Shown here: positions 10,616 to 19,954 of the stretch, piece by piece
Numbering within the stretch: the first letter of the stretch is position 1
Layout of the letters: each line of letters begins with the position of its first letter
From: an uncultured Bacilli bacterium
Lineage (GTDB): Bacteria; Bacillota_I; Bacilli_A; RF39; UBA660
Assembly (NCBI GenBank): GCA_934095865.1
Contig: CAKOKU010000001.1
Coordinates: 10,812 to 74,811, forward strand
Length of the DNA: 64,000 nt
Reading direction: 5' to 3'
Position numbers and translations under genes: made by a program
The notes under the pieces: model-generated
Told to the model about the DNA's origin: nothing
The model's input: only the letters and a program-made list of their open reading frames with translations
Databases searched by the model: none

Positions 10616-12859
10616 ATGCATTTTCAATCATTGGAATTTGAATTACCCTTTTTCTCGTTTATTTTTATCTTTATGTTATGGATTGTGTATACTTTTAAGA
10701 AAAAAGTGCCGTTAGTAGAAAACAAACCATACGAAGTAATTTTATATTGTTCGTTATTTTCCTCTTTTTTAGATACGATTGTTCATATAATTAGTGCATT
10801 TTCAACTTTAAATGAATTAAATACTACATATTTTAGATTAATAGATTTTCTGAATAAGATAATGTCGACTTTATTTGTTATTATTTTTAGTTGTTTACTT
10901 TTATACACTTTAATTATATCTTATCCTAAAGTAAAGGAGAATTTTAAAAAGTATGCTTTAAGTTTCATAATAGTTGATAGTTTATTTTTTATCACGACAT
11001 TATTTACTTATATTGAAATAATTGAGATTGTTGGCGTTAGAAATGTTAATGGTTTGACTATTTATTTGGGTTATACTTTTGTAGCATTATTTTTACTTGC
11101 TAGTATTATTACTACAATCATTAATTTTAAAAAAGATAAAAGATATTATGCTGTTTATTCAATATTACTGACGATGATTCTTTTATATGCCTGTTCATTA
11201 GTTTTTAAAGGTTTAATTATTTATGATGTTATTTTAGCTTTATTATGTTACATTATGTATTTTACAATTGAAAATCCTGATATTAAAATGATTAAAAAGT
11301 TAGAGTTTTTAAGAGATGAAGCAGAAAAGGCCAACCGAGCTAAGACAGATTTTTTGGCTAGTATGAGTCATGAGATAAGAACTCCTTTAAATGCCATTAT
11401 TGGCTTTTCTAATGATATTATTGAACACAAAGAAGATGCCTCGGAAGAGATTCTAGATGATAGTAAAAATATAGTAATGGCTTCTAATACATTGTTAGAA
11501 ATTGTTGGTAATATTTTAGATATTAATAAGATTGAGGCAAATAAATTAGAAGTTGAAGAAGTAAGTTATAAATTAAGAGATGAAATTTATAGTTTATGTG
11601 AGATTAATAAAATAAGAATTGGTCAAAAAAATATTGTATTTAATGTTAAAATTGATGATAATGTGCCAGATAATTTAATTGGTGATAAGCTAAAGTTAAA
11701 AACCATAGTTAATAATCTAGTAACGAATGCGATTAAATATACCGAACATGGAAAAATTGATTTACAGATAGGGTTAATTGGTAAACTAGATGGTGATGTA
11801 GTTAATCTTAAGATTGTTTGCGAAGATACTGGTATTGGTATAAAAGAAGAAAATATTAGTAAGTTATTTACGAAATTTGAGAGATTAGATGTAGAAAAAA
11901 ATTCAACAATCGAAGGCACTGGCTTGGGATTGGTAATTACAAAAGCTTTAGTAGAAATACTCGGAGGCACAATAAAGGTTGAATCTTTTTATGGTATGGG
12001 ATCTAAGTTTATTGTTAATATTCCTCAAAAAATTAATAGAAGTACCATTATTACAGAAAATGGTAGTCTTAATAAAGAATTACAAAAAGAATCTATTAAT
12101 GATACTTTATACACTGATAAAAAAGTTTTAATTGTCGATGATAATAAGTTAAATATTAAAGTAGCTCGTCGCGTTTTAAAATCAATTGGTCTTAATTCTG
12201 ATGAATGTTATAATGGTGCCGAATGTTTGGAAAAGATTAAGCAAGGCAATAAATACGATGTTATTTTAACGGATATTATGATGCCAGTCATGAATGGCGA
12301 ACAAGCGCTTTTAGAGTTAAAAAAATTGCCTAATTTTGTAATGCCTGTAATTGCTTTAACTGCGGATGCTGTCAGTGGTGCTGAAGAAAAATATAGAAGT
12401 GAAGGCTTCGATGAATATATTTCTAAACCTTTTACGAAAGAACAGTTGCAATTTAAACTATCAAAAGTTTTGCAGAATAGTCAGCTAGATTTTACCTTTT
12501 TAAGCAAAAATGGTATTAATTTTGAGAAAAGTGATTTATATCTTAAAAATTCTTCTCAATATCTACAAAATTTAATGAAATGGCATAAAAATAGTAAAGA
12601 TGAATTTAAGATGTTAAAGCAGTCATGCGAGGAGTTTAATCTTGTCCATTACAGGAATGCTATTGAAAGATTACTAAATGAATGTAGTGAACTTGGGTTT
12701 GTCGATTTAAAAATTATTGCTGAAGAACATGAATTGCAATGTCGCGATGAAAAAAATAGTGATTATATTGTCAAGTATTTTAGTGAACTTGAAAAAGAAT
12801 ATAAAAAGATTGTTTTGACTTTAGATAAGTTCTTTAACAATAAAGATGGGGTGAAGTGA
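10616..12859 (+). CDS. Hybrid sensor histidine kinase, paralogue of 7289-9568, with degenerate HPt
   Basis: Same architecture: SHEIRTPLN, DTGIGI, GTGLGL, DVILTDIMMP. In a gapless alignment of the C-terminal domain, Glu (12665-12667) sits where the paralogue has the HPt His. Start moved to the ATG at 10616 (AGGAG RBS). Confidence 0.9.
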   Translation: MHFQSLEFELPFFSFIFIFMLWIVYTFKKKVPLVENKPYEVILYCSLFSSFLDTIVHIISAFSTLNELNTTYFRLIDFLNKIMSTLFVIIFSCLLLYTLIISYPKVKENFKKYALSFIIVDSLFFITTLFTYIEIIEIVGVRNVNGLTIYLGYTFVALFLLASIITTIINFKKDKRYYAVYSILLTMILLYACSLVFKGLIIYDVILALLCYIMYFTIENPDIKMIKKLEFLRDEAEKANRAKTDFLASMSHEIRTPLNAIIGFSNDIIEHKEDASEEILDDSKNIVMASNTLLEIVGNILDINKIEANKLEVEEVSYKLRDEIYSLCEINKIRIGQKNIVFNVKIDDNVPDNLIGDKLKLKTIVNNLVTNAIKYTEHGKIDLQIGLIGKLDGDVVNLKIVCEDTGIGIKEENISKLFTKFERLDVEKNSTIEGTGLGLVITKALVEILGGTIKVESFYGMGSKFIVNIPQKINRSTIITENGSLNKELQKESINDTLYTDKKVLIVDDNKLNIKVARRVLKSIGLNSDECYNGAECLEKIKQGNKYDVILTDIMMPVMNGEQALLELKKLPNFVMPVIALTADAVSGAEEKYRSEGFDEYISKPFTKEQLQFKLSKVLQNSQLDFTFLSKNGINFEKSDLYLKNSSQYLQNLMKWHKNSKDEFKMLKQSCEEFNLVHYRNAIERLLNECSELGFVDLKIIAEEHELQCRDEKNSDYIVKYFSELEKEYKKIVLTLDKFFNNKDGVK

Positions 12860-13140
12860 TGCAAAGATTACAATTTCAAGTCCAAGATAATATAGGAAAA
12901 ACAATAATGTATGATGTGATTGCCACTTATCAACATGATAAAGGTAAAAATTTTATTATCTATACGGATAGAACTTTAAATAAAGAGGGAAAGTTAAATG
13001 TATATTATTCATTATACAAAGAAGCGGATAAAAATATTGAATTAATAGAAGTTACTGATATGGAAGATAAAAAGATAGGGTTAGAATTACTTAAAGAAAT
13101 ACTTAAATTATTAGAAAATGACAATGAAAAGAGAAGCTAA
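12856..13140 (+). CDS. Small acidic protein, DUF1292-like
   Basis: 94 aa, overlaps the kinase stop (GTGATG). The pattern YDVIATY...GKNFIIYTD...EGKLNVYYSLY...IELIEVTDMED resembles DUF1292. The start could instead be the ATG at 12859. Confidence 0.55.
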   Translation: MMQRLQFQVQDNIGKTIMYDVIATYQHDKGKNFIIYTDRTLNKEGKLNVYYSLYKEADKNIELIEVTDMEDKKIGLELLKEILKLLENDNEKRS

Positions 13141-13206
13141 TAACACTTTAAATAGGTGTTATTTTTTCTATAATTTTGATATACTAAAATGGCATTTGAG
13201 GTTTAT

Positions 13207-15027
13207 ATGATTAATAAAGTAAAAGATATGATTTTTTATAATTTAAAGGAATTAATAATCTTTCAGTTAGTATTTAAAGTTACTAGTTTTTTAATATTTA
13301 TGCCATTATTTTTAAACCTTTTTAATATAATTATGAAAGTTACAGGTTATAATTATCTAACCTTAGAGAATATTACAGGTTTTATTATTAATCCATTGGT
13401 TATTATATTATTGATAATGTTAATTCTTTTTATGATGATGTTTAACTTTTTTGATTTAAGTACAATTATAGTACTTTTGGATGCCTCATATCAGAAAAAA
13501 GCTGTGGATATTAAGGAAGCTTTAGGAATATCTTTAAAAAAATCATTACAAGTTTTTAAAATTAATAACTTGCCTTTGGCTTTTATGTTGTTGTTTTTGA
13601 TACCGTTCTTAAATATAGGAATAGCTTCTGGTTTTGTTTCTTCTATATCTGTTCCTGAATTTGTTATGGATTATATTAATAATAATATATTATTTAAAAT
13701 TATATTTTGGCTAATATTTTCTGGTCTTTTGATTATTCTTTTAAGATGGTTATATGCAATACACTATTATGTTTTAGAAAATAATAATTTTCGACAAGCA
13801 AGAGCTAAAAGCATCAAGTTAAATGCTAAAAATCGCTTGTTAGATTTGATTAAGATGATAGTGGTTCAGTTAATAATTTTTTTGTTATATATAATTTTTC
13901 TCTTCTTGGGAATTGCCATAATTTATTTAATATACTTGTCTTTAAAAAAGATAGTAGTAGTTAGCAGTATTTTTATAACTATAATTGGTATCTTTTTAGG
14001 ATTATCACTTGTTATTGTTGCTTTGCTGTCTACTCCGATTAGTTATGCTTGCATGAGTGCCTTGTTTTATCAAAATAAGATAAAAAGTGGTGAGAAAATA
14101 AAACATATACAGTTTAATAAAATTAAAAAAATAACTATAAGTACCGTTAGATGGCGTCGTTTTAAGACTAGTTTGGTTTTATGCAGTGTCTTAACAGGCA
14201 GTGTGTTTACGTATGGTTTAGTAACGGGTAGATATAACTTTAATATTGAATATATTAAAAAACAAGAAATTACTGCGCATCGGGGGAGTTCAATTAAATA
14301 TCCTGAAAATACGATGTTAGCATTTATTGGTGCTTTAAATGAACAAGCTAATTGGATTGAGTTAGACGTTCAACAAACAAAGGATGATGTCTTAGTAGTT
14401 AGTCATGATAATAATTTAAAACGCACGACTGGAAAAGATATTAACATCACAGATGTGAACTATGATGAAATCGAAGAAATAGACGTTGGGAGCTATCTAA
14501 ATTCTAATTACCCTATATCATATATACCAAGATTAGAAGATGTTATAAAATGGGCTAGTTCAAATAATATGAAAGTTAATATTGAATTGAAACCAAATGG
14601 AATGGAAAATGACTTAGAAGAAAAAGTCATAGCATTAATCAAAAAGTATAATTTTGAAGATAATTGTGTGGTTGCTTCTGGTAAGTATGAAGTTTTAGAA
14701 AAAGTTAAAGAAATAGATGATGATATTAAAACGGCCTATGTAATGAGTTTCTTTTATGGTGATATTATAAAATTGGATAAAGTAGATGTTTTTAGTATAG
14801 AAGCATCTAGTATCAATAGTGAATTAGTTAAAAAGATTCATAATAATGGTAAGGAAATCTATGCTTGGACTGTTAATAATAGTGATAGTATAAATAAAAT
14901 GTTAGAACTTAATGTTGATAATATTATTACGGATGATGTAGAATTAGCATATAGATTATTATTTAAAAGTAGAAGTAGTAATTTAGTTTTTGTTTATATC
15001 AAATATGTAGAGAAAGTGTTTAGGTAG
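13207..15027 (+). CDS. Membrane-anchored glycerophosphodiester phosphodiesterase (GDPD)
   Basis: N-terminal multi-TM domain, then ITAHRGSS..YPENT, ELDVQQTKDDVLVVSHD and IELK motifs. Start placed at 13207 (GAGG RBS); 13189 is the alternative. Confidence 0.85.
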   Translation: MINKVKDMIFYNLKELIIFQLVFKVTSFLIFMPLFLNLFNIIMKVTGYNYLTLENITGFIINPLVIILLIMLILFMMMFNFFDLSTIIVLLDASYQKKAVDIKEALGISLKKSLQVFKINNLPLAFMLLFLIPFLNIGIASGFVSSISVPEFVMDYINNNILFKIIFWLIFSGLLIILLRWLYAIHYYVLENNNFRQARAKSIKLNAKNRLLDLIKMIVVQLIIFLLYIIFLFLGIAIIYLIYLSLKKIVVVSSIFITIIGIFLGLSLVIVALLSTPISYACMSALFYQNKIKSGEKIKHIQFNKIKKITISTVRWRRFKTSLVLCSVLTGSVFTYGLVTGRYNFNIEYIKKQEITAHRGSSIKYPENTMLAFIGALNEQANWIELDVQQTKDDVLVVSHDNNLKRTTGKDINITDVNYDEIEEIDVGSYLNSNYPISYIPRLEDVIKWASSNNMKVNIELKPNGMENDLEEKVIALIKKYNFEDNCVVASGKYEVLEKVKEIDDDIKTAYVMSFFYGDIIKLDKVDVFSIEASSINSELVKKIHNNGKEIYAWTVNNSDSINKMLELNVDNIITDDVELAYRLLFKSRSSNLVFVYIKYVEKVFR

Positions 15028-15028
15028 T

Positions 15029-16636
15029 ATGAAAAAGAATAAGAAATATATTTTGCTAGTAATATTTTGGTTGGTTTTAGCAAATTTGGAATTTTTAGTT
15101 TTTAAAAATCTTATTTATGGTCATGATATTCATTTTCATATTGCCAGAATAAATGGTATTGTTGATAGTTTAAGAGCGGGAATTTTTCCGGCCCTAATAT
15201 ATCCGAACTATCTTAATGGTTATGGGTATGCTAACGGTATTTTTTATGCTGATATTTTTCTTTACATTCCAGCTATCCTTAGTTTGTTGGGACTTAGTGT
15301 CGTTAATAGTTATAAAGTATTCATGATTATAGTGAATATTGGTATATTTTTTAGCATGAAATTTGCTATAAAGAAAGTAACAAAGAATGATTATGTTAGT
15401 CTTATTATTGCTCTTATTTATTTAATGAGTTCTTATAAGATAAGTGATATGTTTTTGCGAGCTGCTGTTGGTGAGGTTATAGCGTTTGTCTTCTTTCCAT
15501 TATTTATGCTAGGTCTTTATAGTATTTTTTATGGTGATAAAAAAGATTGGTATTGGTTTACAATTGGTATAGTTGGTATCTGCTTTTGTCATAATTTGAG
15601 TCTTGTCATGGCTTTTATACTAGTATGTTTTTGCTTTCTATTAAATATCAAAAAGATGTTTACGGATAAAGAGCGCTTGTTAACTTTATTAAAAGGTGGG
15701 ATTTTGGGCGTACTTCTTTCTTCTTGTTTTTTAGGTACTTTACTTGAAGCCATGAAAAGTGATAGCTTTAGGTATAGTAATTTAGTAGGCAGTGATATGG
15801 TGGTCATGCGTGCTGCTAATCCTTTATATAGCATTGTGGCCATTCCTTCTGGTACGCATCCATGGCAGCCATTAGGCATTGGTTTAATTTTCGTCTTTTT
15901 ACTTGCTTTTTTACGAAAAATGATTAACAAAGTTCAAAATAAAAATGATAATAAATTTAGTATTGACTGTTTGCTATTGGGGATTGTTTTTCTTGTTATG
16001 GCAACGACTATATTCCCTTGGAACATATTTAAAAATGTATTAGGAATAATTCAATTTCCATGGCGATTTTATATGTTGGTTACGATCTTGTTATTGTTTG
16101 GCTTTGCTATTTTGCTAACTAATTATAAAAAATTAAACAAGAAAATATTTACTTTTATTGTTTGCGGTTTCATGTTTGGCACGTGGGCAGTTGGCTTTTT
16201 GTATCATTACCGCTTTGAGCATTTAGATGAATATAAGCCTTATTATATTAGTAATGGTGAGTATGTTCCGGTTGGCGTTGATACGGATTTTATTAATGCT
16301 CGTGGTGAGGTAATTACTTCGAATAATGAAGAATTACATACAGTTTTTGTAAGAAATGGTATTAATCTAGATATAAATTATAGTAATAATGAAGGGAATA
16401 ATACCTATATTGAATTACCGCTTGTTTATTATAAAGGTTATGTTGCTAAAGAAAATAATACTAAGTTAACAGTTGCAAAAGGAGATAATGGTCTTGTTAG
16501 AGTTTATCTTCCTAATAAAGAAGGCAGTATAAAAGAGTATTATGGTTTTACAAATATTCGAATTATTTCTTATAGTATATCAATTTTAAGTTTGGTAATT
16601 TTTATTTATCTAATAAAAAAAGAAAAGCAAAAGTAA
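15029..16636 (+). CDS. Polytopic membrane protein, possibly a GT-C-fold glycosyltransferase
   Basis: More than 12 predicted TM helices, a GHDIHFHIARING motif in the first loop, and a C-terminal soluble domain plus a final TM. The functional call is a guess from architecture. Confidence 0.6.
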   Translation: MKKNKKYILLVIFWLVLANLEFLVFKNLIYGHDIHFHIARINGIVDSLRAGIFPALIYPNYLNGYGYANGIFYADIFLYIPAILSLLGLSVVNSYKVFMIIVNIGIFFSMKFAIKKVTKNDYVSLIIALIYLMSSYKISDMFLRAAVGEVIAFVFFPLFMLGLYSIFYGDKKDWYWFTIGIVGICFCHNLSLVMAFILVCFCFLLNIKKMFTDKERLLTLLKGGILGVLLSSCFLGTLLEAMKSDSFRYSNLVGSDMVVMRAANPLYSIVAIPSGTHPWQPLGIGLIFVFLLAFLRKMINKVQNKNDNKFSIDCLLLGIVFLVMATTIFPWNIFKNVLGIIQFPWRFYMLVTILLLFGFAILLTNYKKLNKKIFTFIVCGFMFGTWAVGFLYHYRFEHLDEYKPYYISNGEYVPVGVDTDFINARGEVITSNNEELHTVFVRNGINLDINYSNNEGNNTYIELPLVYYKGYVAKENNTKLTVAKGDNGLVRVYLPNKEGSIKEYYGFTNIRIISYSISILSLVIFIYLIKKEKQK

Positions 16637-16709
16637 TTAATTATTTTGGTAAAATCTACTTGTTATAATTTATGAAATTAAAATAAAAATATTGGAGGTG
16701 GTAACGAAA

Positions 16710-18596
16710 ATGAAATATGTAATAAAAAATGGCGCTGTTAGCATTGATGGAAAAAGTGTGTTAGAGTGCATTAATTTAGAAATAAATGATCATGATAAGA
16801 TAGCTATTGTTGGGAAGAATGGGGCTGGTAAAACTACGTTATTAAATGCCATTGTTGATAATAATTTATTGGAAGAAGGTATTGGTGATGATAAGTTTCA
16901 GATAATAAAACAGGGAAATCCGAGTATTGGTTATCTAAAACAAATAGAACTAAATGATAATAATACATTGATTGAAGAAGTTAGAAAACCGTTTGCAAAT
17001 CTAATAAAAATGGAAGAAAAATTAAATAATTTGTTATTAAAAATGCAATCTGGTAGTGATTCAAAAGCTACTATGGGGTATTCAGTTTTAGAAGAACAAT
17101 TTAAATTAAATGATGGCTATAATTATAAGAAAGAATATGAAGTTTTATTAAAAAAATTTGGCTTTACTGAGGAAGATAAAAATAAATTATTAAAAGATTT
17201 TTCTGGTGGTCAAAAAACTAAGATAGCTTTTGTTAAAATGCTTTTAGATAAACCTGATATACTTCTTTTAGATGAACCGACAAATCATTTAGATGTAGAT
17301 ACTGTTGAGTGGCTTGAAGAATATTTAAGAAATTACAAGAAGGCCATTATTTTAGTATCACATGATAGAATGTTTATTAATAATATTGTTGATATTGTTT
17401 ATGATATTAGTTACGGTGCTACGACGAAATATACGGGTAATTATGATTATTATGAAAAGCAAAAGCAATTAAATTATGAAAAAGCCTTAAAGGATTATGA
17501 GTACCAACAAAAAGAAATCAAGAAACTTACTAGTATATATGAGAGATTTAGAAGTAAACCATCGAAAGCTAGTATGGCGATGTCTAGATTACATATGTTA
17601 GAAAAAATGGATATTTTAGAACGACCAAATAAAATAGAAGCAATGACTTTTAGAACTAATATGGATAATATTCCTAATTGTGGTAGAGATGTCTTAATAA
17701 CTAATGATTTACAAGTTGGCTATGAACAATCTCTTTATACTTTAAATCTGTTTGTGCGTAGAAAAGATAAATTGGGTATTATAGGACCAAATGGATTAGG
17801 CAAATCAACGATTTTAAAAACAATTGCTGGTAAAACTCCGCAACTTGGTGGTACTTTTACTTGGAATAATGGAGTTAAAATAGGCTATTTTGATCAAAAT
17901 TTAGCGATGTTAGATGAAAATAACAGTATTTTGGAAGAATTTATGGCTACTTATCCAACAATTTTGGAATATGAAGCTCGTACGTTTTTGGGATCATTTT
18001 TATTTAAAGGTGATGATGTATATAAGAAGTTGAATGTTTTATCTGGTGGCGAAAGAGTAAGACTCCAGTTATGTAAAATCTTTTATAGTAAGCCTAATGT
18101 TTTATTATTGGATGAACCGACAAATCATTTAGACATCGTTGGCCGTGAATATTTAGAGGAAATTTTAAGTGTTTATGGTGGTACAATTATATTTGTATCT
18201 CATGATAGATATTTTATCAAAAAAGTTGCTAATTCTTTATTAGTATTAAATAAAGAAAGTGCTACTTATTATGCTGGTGGTTATACTGATTACTTGAATA
18301 ATATTAAAACAACTGTTAGCAGTGTTGATGTTAATTCAAAGGAAAATAAAAATTTAACAGGTAATAAAGAGAAGAAAAATAATTATACTTTAAGTAAAGA
18401 ACTAAAAGCTTTAGAGCGAAATATAAGTAAATTAGAATTGAATATTAAAAAATTGGAAGAAAGTCTATATTTGGAAGAAATTTATAATAATCGCGAAAAA
18501 CTGGTTGCTGTAAATAATGAGATTAGTGCAAAGAAGGAAGAATTGGAAAGTCTTAATAATAAGTGGTTAGAATTGTCTGTTGAACTTGAGAATTAA
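16710..18596 (+). CDS. ABC-F family ATPase (two ABC domains, no TMD)
   Basis: Two Walker A motifs (GKNGAGKTT, GPNGLGKST), two signature motifs (FSGGQK, LSGGER) and a C-terminal coiled coil. Start at the ATG at 16710 after GGAGGTGG. Confidence 0.9.
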   Translation: MKYVIKNGAVSIDGKSVLECINLEINDHDKIAIVGKNGAGKTTLLNAIVDNNLLEEGIGDDKFQIIKQGNPSIGYLKQIELNDNNTLIEEVRKPFANLIKMEEKLNNLLLKMQSGSDSKATMGYSVLEEQFKLNDGYNYKKEYEVLLKKFGFTEEDKNKLLKDFSGGQKTKIAFVKMLLDKPDILLLDEPTNHLDVDTVEWLEEYLRNYKKAIILVSHDRMFINNIVDIVYDISYGATTKYTGNYDYYEKQKQLNYEKALKDYEYQQKEIKKLTSIYERFRSKPSKASMAMSRLHMLEKMDILERPNKIEAMTFRTNMDNIPNCGRDVLITNDLQVGYEQSLYTLNLFVRRKDKLGIIGPNGLGKSTILKTIAGKTPQLGGTFTWNNGVKIGYFDQNLAMLDENNSILEEFMATYPTILEYEARTFLGSFLFKGDDVYKKLNVLSGGERVRLQLCKIFYSKPNVLLLDEPTNHLDIVGREYLEEILSVYGGTIIFVSHDRYFIKKVANSLLVLNKESATYYAGGYTDYLNNIKTTVSSVDVNSKENKNLTGNKEKKNNYTLSKELKALERNISKLELNIKKLEESLYLEEIYNNREKLVAVNNEISAKKEELESLNNKWLELSVELEN

Positions 18597-18889
18597 TGCC
18601 TAAAATATGCAAAGTAAGGGCTTTTGTGTATAGTAAGAAAGAATTTAATAAATCTCTTCAATGTATTAAGGATATAAATGAGAAAACTTTAATTTTAGCT
18701 ATTGAAAATATGAATTTGGTTTCACTAAATTTTAATATTCATGATTATGATCCTTCAGATTTTAAAAAAGTTAATGAAACTGTTTATAGAAAAGAAGAAG
18801 AATTGTATAAAATTAATGGTTACTTTTCTGCTTTGTCTTTAATAGGTGTTATGTTAGTCGATTTAGGTTTAGTAATAGAATCAGATTAA
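18596..18889 (+). CDS. Hypothetical protein, hydrophobic C-terminus
   Basis: 97-aa ORF whose ATG overlaps the ABC-F stop (TAATG). No recognisable motif. Confidence 0.4.
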   Translation: MPKICKVRAFVYSKKEFNKSLQCIKDINEKTLILAIENMNLVSLNFNIHDYDPSDFKKVNETVYRKEEELYKINGYFSALSLIGVMLVDLGLVIESD

Positions 18890-19006
18890 TGTAGTTGTTA
18901 AAAAATATGTAAAATAGAAATCATATATATGTAAATTATTCTTAAAAAACAAATAGAAAATTAAAAATGTGGTAAAATATTCTTAGAATAAAAGGAGATT
19001 AAAAGA

Positions 19007-19786
19007 ATGACAAAATATGATTTTAAAGATAAAGTTGTGTTGATTACTGGGGCCGGTAGTGGCATTGGAGAAGAATGTGCTAAGAGATTTAGCGAAAGTG
19101 GTGCGATTGTTGTCTTATGTGACAATAAAGAAGACAGAATTCAGAAAGTAAAAGAAGAACTCGGCGGTAAATGCGTAGCTTGTAAAATTGATGTTACCAA
19201 TTATGCTAATATAGAAAAACTAGTTAAATTTGTTGTAGATAAGTTAGGACATATAGATGTGGTAGTAAATTCGGCTGGAATTTGTAAGTTGATGCCAATT
19301 GATGAAATGTCAATTGAAACTGTTGATGCCTTGATAGATATAAATTTAAAAGGCACAGTTTATATGAGTAAAGCTTTAGCGCCTATTATGAAAAATCAAA
19401 AATCAGGAAAAATTATTAATATGTCTAGTATAGCTGGTCGTATTTGTAATAGTGGTTCAAATGTTTATGCTACTACAAAGGCTGGTATTATGGCCATAAC
19501 TAGTAGTATGGCTCGTGAATTAGCTGAATATAATGTTAATGTTAATTCAGTTTTACCAGGTATTGTACGCACTAATATGTGGGAAGGTATCTTAGATGAC
19601 TTTACTAATAAAGATGATTCTATAAGAGAACAAACATTTAAACAATCTACTGATGCTATTCCTTTAAAAAGACCACAAACAGTTGATGATATAGCTAATA
19701 TGGTTTTATTCTTAGCTAGTGAAGATGCTAAAAATATTACAGCTCAAAATATTGCTGTTGATGGTGGATATACTTTTGATATGTAA
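19007..19786 (+). CDS. Short-chain dehydrogenase/reductase (FabG-like)
   Basis: TGAGSGIG cofactor motif, NSAG, catalytic YATTKAG (YxxxK). AGGAG RBS. Confidence 0.85.
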   Translation: MTKYDFKDKVVLITGAGSGIGEECAKRFSESGAIVVLCDNKEDRIQKVKEELGGKCVACKIDVTNYANIEKLVKFVVDKLGHIDVVVNSAGICKLMPIDEMSIETVDALIDINLKGTVYMSKALAPIMKNQKSGKIINMSSIAGRICNSGSNVYATTKAGIMAITSSMARELAEYNVNVNSVLPGIVRTNMWEGILDDFTNKDDSIREQTFKQSTDAIPLKRPQTVDDIANMVLFLASEDAKNITAQNIAVDGGYTFDM

Positions 19787-19810
19787 GGTACTAGAAATAG
19801 TATCTTTTTT
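19787..19810 (+). terminator. Rho-independent terminator
   Basis: GGTACTA-gaaa-TAGTATC followed by TTTTTT. Confidence 0.6.
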
Positions 19811-19900
19811 AAATTTAAGTATTAATTAATTTATAAAAAATGTAATTAAAGATTAATTGATGTTATGCTTATTATCTCATTGAGTAGTTAAAAAATTTAA

Positions 19901-19929
19901 TTGACATTGCTAATAATATGTAATATCCT
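19901..19929 (+). promoter_or_regulatory. Promoter-like element TTGACA-17-TATCCT
   Basis: TTAATTGACA ... TATCCT. The same layout recurs at 21396-21424 upstream of the third paralogue. Confidence 0.4.
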
Positions 19930-19954
19930 ATTATGAATTTATGGGGTGATAAGT

